Shown here: piece after piece, positions 15,199 through 16,115 of the stretch
How positions within the stretch are numbered: the stretch's first letter is position 1
Layout: each line of letters starts with the position of its first letter
Virus genome (UHGV): UHGV-1642828
Length of the DNA: 16,115 nucleotides
Source: a virus
Direction: 5' to 3' (one strand)
The notes under the pieces: generated by a model
What the model saw: only the letters and a program-made list of their open reading frames with translations
Told to the model about the DNA's origin: nothing
Databases searched by the model: none
Program-made: the position numbers and the translations under genes

Positions 15199-15945
15199 TT
15201 ATTTCTCCGATTTAACCCCGAATAAATCATAAATTAATTTAGAAGTGTCTGTATATATTTTAATCTTTTCCTTTGAGTTTGGGTCAAACGACTTAGCAAA
15301 GTCAATTAATTTCGGTGCAGCATCTCGCATTTTGCTTAAAATATCAGGGGCGAGCTTTCCTTCATTCACCAGATGTGACATCTTATCCAGATAGCCATCA
15401 AAATTCATTTCTCCCCCATCTGCCAGACGCTTCATCTCTCCCAGGTACTTCTTCATATCACGTTGAGATAACTCTTCAAACTGAGCTGTCAGATAGTTCT
15501 CATTATCATCATTAATATTCACTTTTTCTGCTCCTGCTAAATCTGTGTAGGCACTAGAGTATGAAAGTGAAATCAACAGCGAAGCGAATAATTTTAAGCT
15601 GTTGTCATCATATTCCTGACATGCATTAACAAACGTTAAAAAACCAGAACCTATTGCTTGCAAATGTATATTCGCTAAAGGTTCATTATCTTTAGATTCC
15701 TCATAAAAAAGCTGAACCGTGGAGGGAAGGCCATTCTTGGTTTCTACATCAAAAGTATATCGTTCTATGGGCGTTGCATCTTTATTATCCTCAGGATTAC
15801 ATATACTATTAATCGCAAAATGAAAAATAGCCCGATCAACAACTGATGCAATAAATTCACGATCGTTTAATTCCTCATCAGTGCAATCTCCAATATACTT
15901 ATTAACCCACTCTTTGAGATTAGTTATTTGCTCAATTAAAAACAC
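15199..15945 (-). CDS. Hypothetical protein (248 aa), AT-rich cargo gene
   Basis: Long ORF in strongly AT-rich sequence with its own downstream terminator. No family recognised from sequence. Confidence 0.5.
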   Translation of the reverse strand: MFLIEQITNLKEWVNKYIGDCTDEELNDREFIASVVDRAIFHFAINSICNPEDNKDATPIERYTFDVETKNGLPSTVQLFYEESKDNEPLANIHLQAIGSGFLTFVNACQEYDDNSLKLFASLLISLSYSSAYTDLAGAEKVNINDDNENYLTAQFEELSQRDMKKYLGEMKRLADGGEMNFDGYLDKMSHLVNEGKLAPDILSKMRDAAPKLIDFAKSFDPNSKEKIKIYTDTSKLIYDLFGVKSEK

Positions 15946-16071
15946 ATTTTTTTACGTGCATGCCATAAATTATGAGTGATTCTTTGAATAAACAAATCTA
16001 TTTTTGCAATAATTATATCCCGATGACGCAGCGCTGAATAATCAATAGACTTACCATATATATTATTTAAT

Positions 16072-16115
16072 CTGTCTCTTATACACATCTGACGCTGCCG
16101 ACGAATAGAGAGGTG
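16072..16115. other. Illumina Nextera adapter remnant, reverse complement (CTGTCTCTTATACACATCT + GACGCTGCCGACGA + ATAGAGAG + GTG)
   Basis: Exact reverse complement of the adapter at positions 1-45, minus one terminal base. Confidence 0.9.

Noticed and set aside
1-16115. CRISPR arrays, rRNA/tRNA genes, IS elements, transposases and integrases
   Set aside because: No spacer-repeat periodicity, no long terminal inverted repeats (apart from the adapter artefact), and no ORF with transposase or tyrosine/serine recombinase signatures were seen anywhere in the window.

Overview
This window reads as a lambdoid (Rac/Qin-like) enterobacterial prophage segment covering the immunity region and both early operons; all calls are from reading the sequence and recalled family signatures, with no database search run. 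Both ends (1-45 and 16072-16115) are Illumina Nextera adapter in inverted orientation, so the contig termini are artefacts. The minus strand carries the early-right operon from a divergent promoter/operator region (6219-6355): YdaS/Cro-like HTH, YdaT-like, a small unknown ORF, a replication initiator with in-gene 15-bp tandem repeats, a PerC-like regulator, a Dam-family N6-adenine methyltransferase, a LexA-DNA-binding-domain-only protein, RusA, a KilA-N protein, a DUF968 protein and an antiterminator Q-like gene truncated by the adapter. The plus strand carries a LexA-type cI repressor, a second operator/promoter region, a small ClpX-type zinc-finger protein, RdgC, an HD hydrolase, a chain of translationally coupled unknown genes, a DUF551 protein, a DEDDh exonuclease and a PrtN/excisionase-like gene ending at a bidirectional terminator. 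No integrase follows; instead there is an AT-rich block (13680-16070) with three unknown minus-strand genes. The most promising novelty candidates are that AT-rich cargo block, the ClpX-zinc-finger protein in the N position, and the LexA-DBD-only protein.
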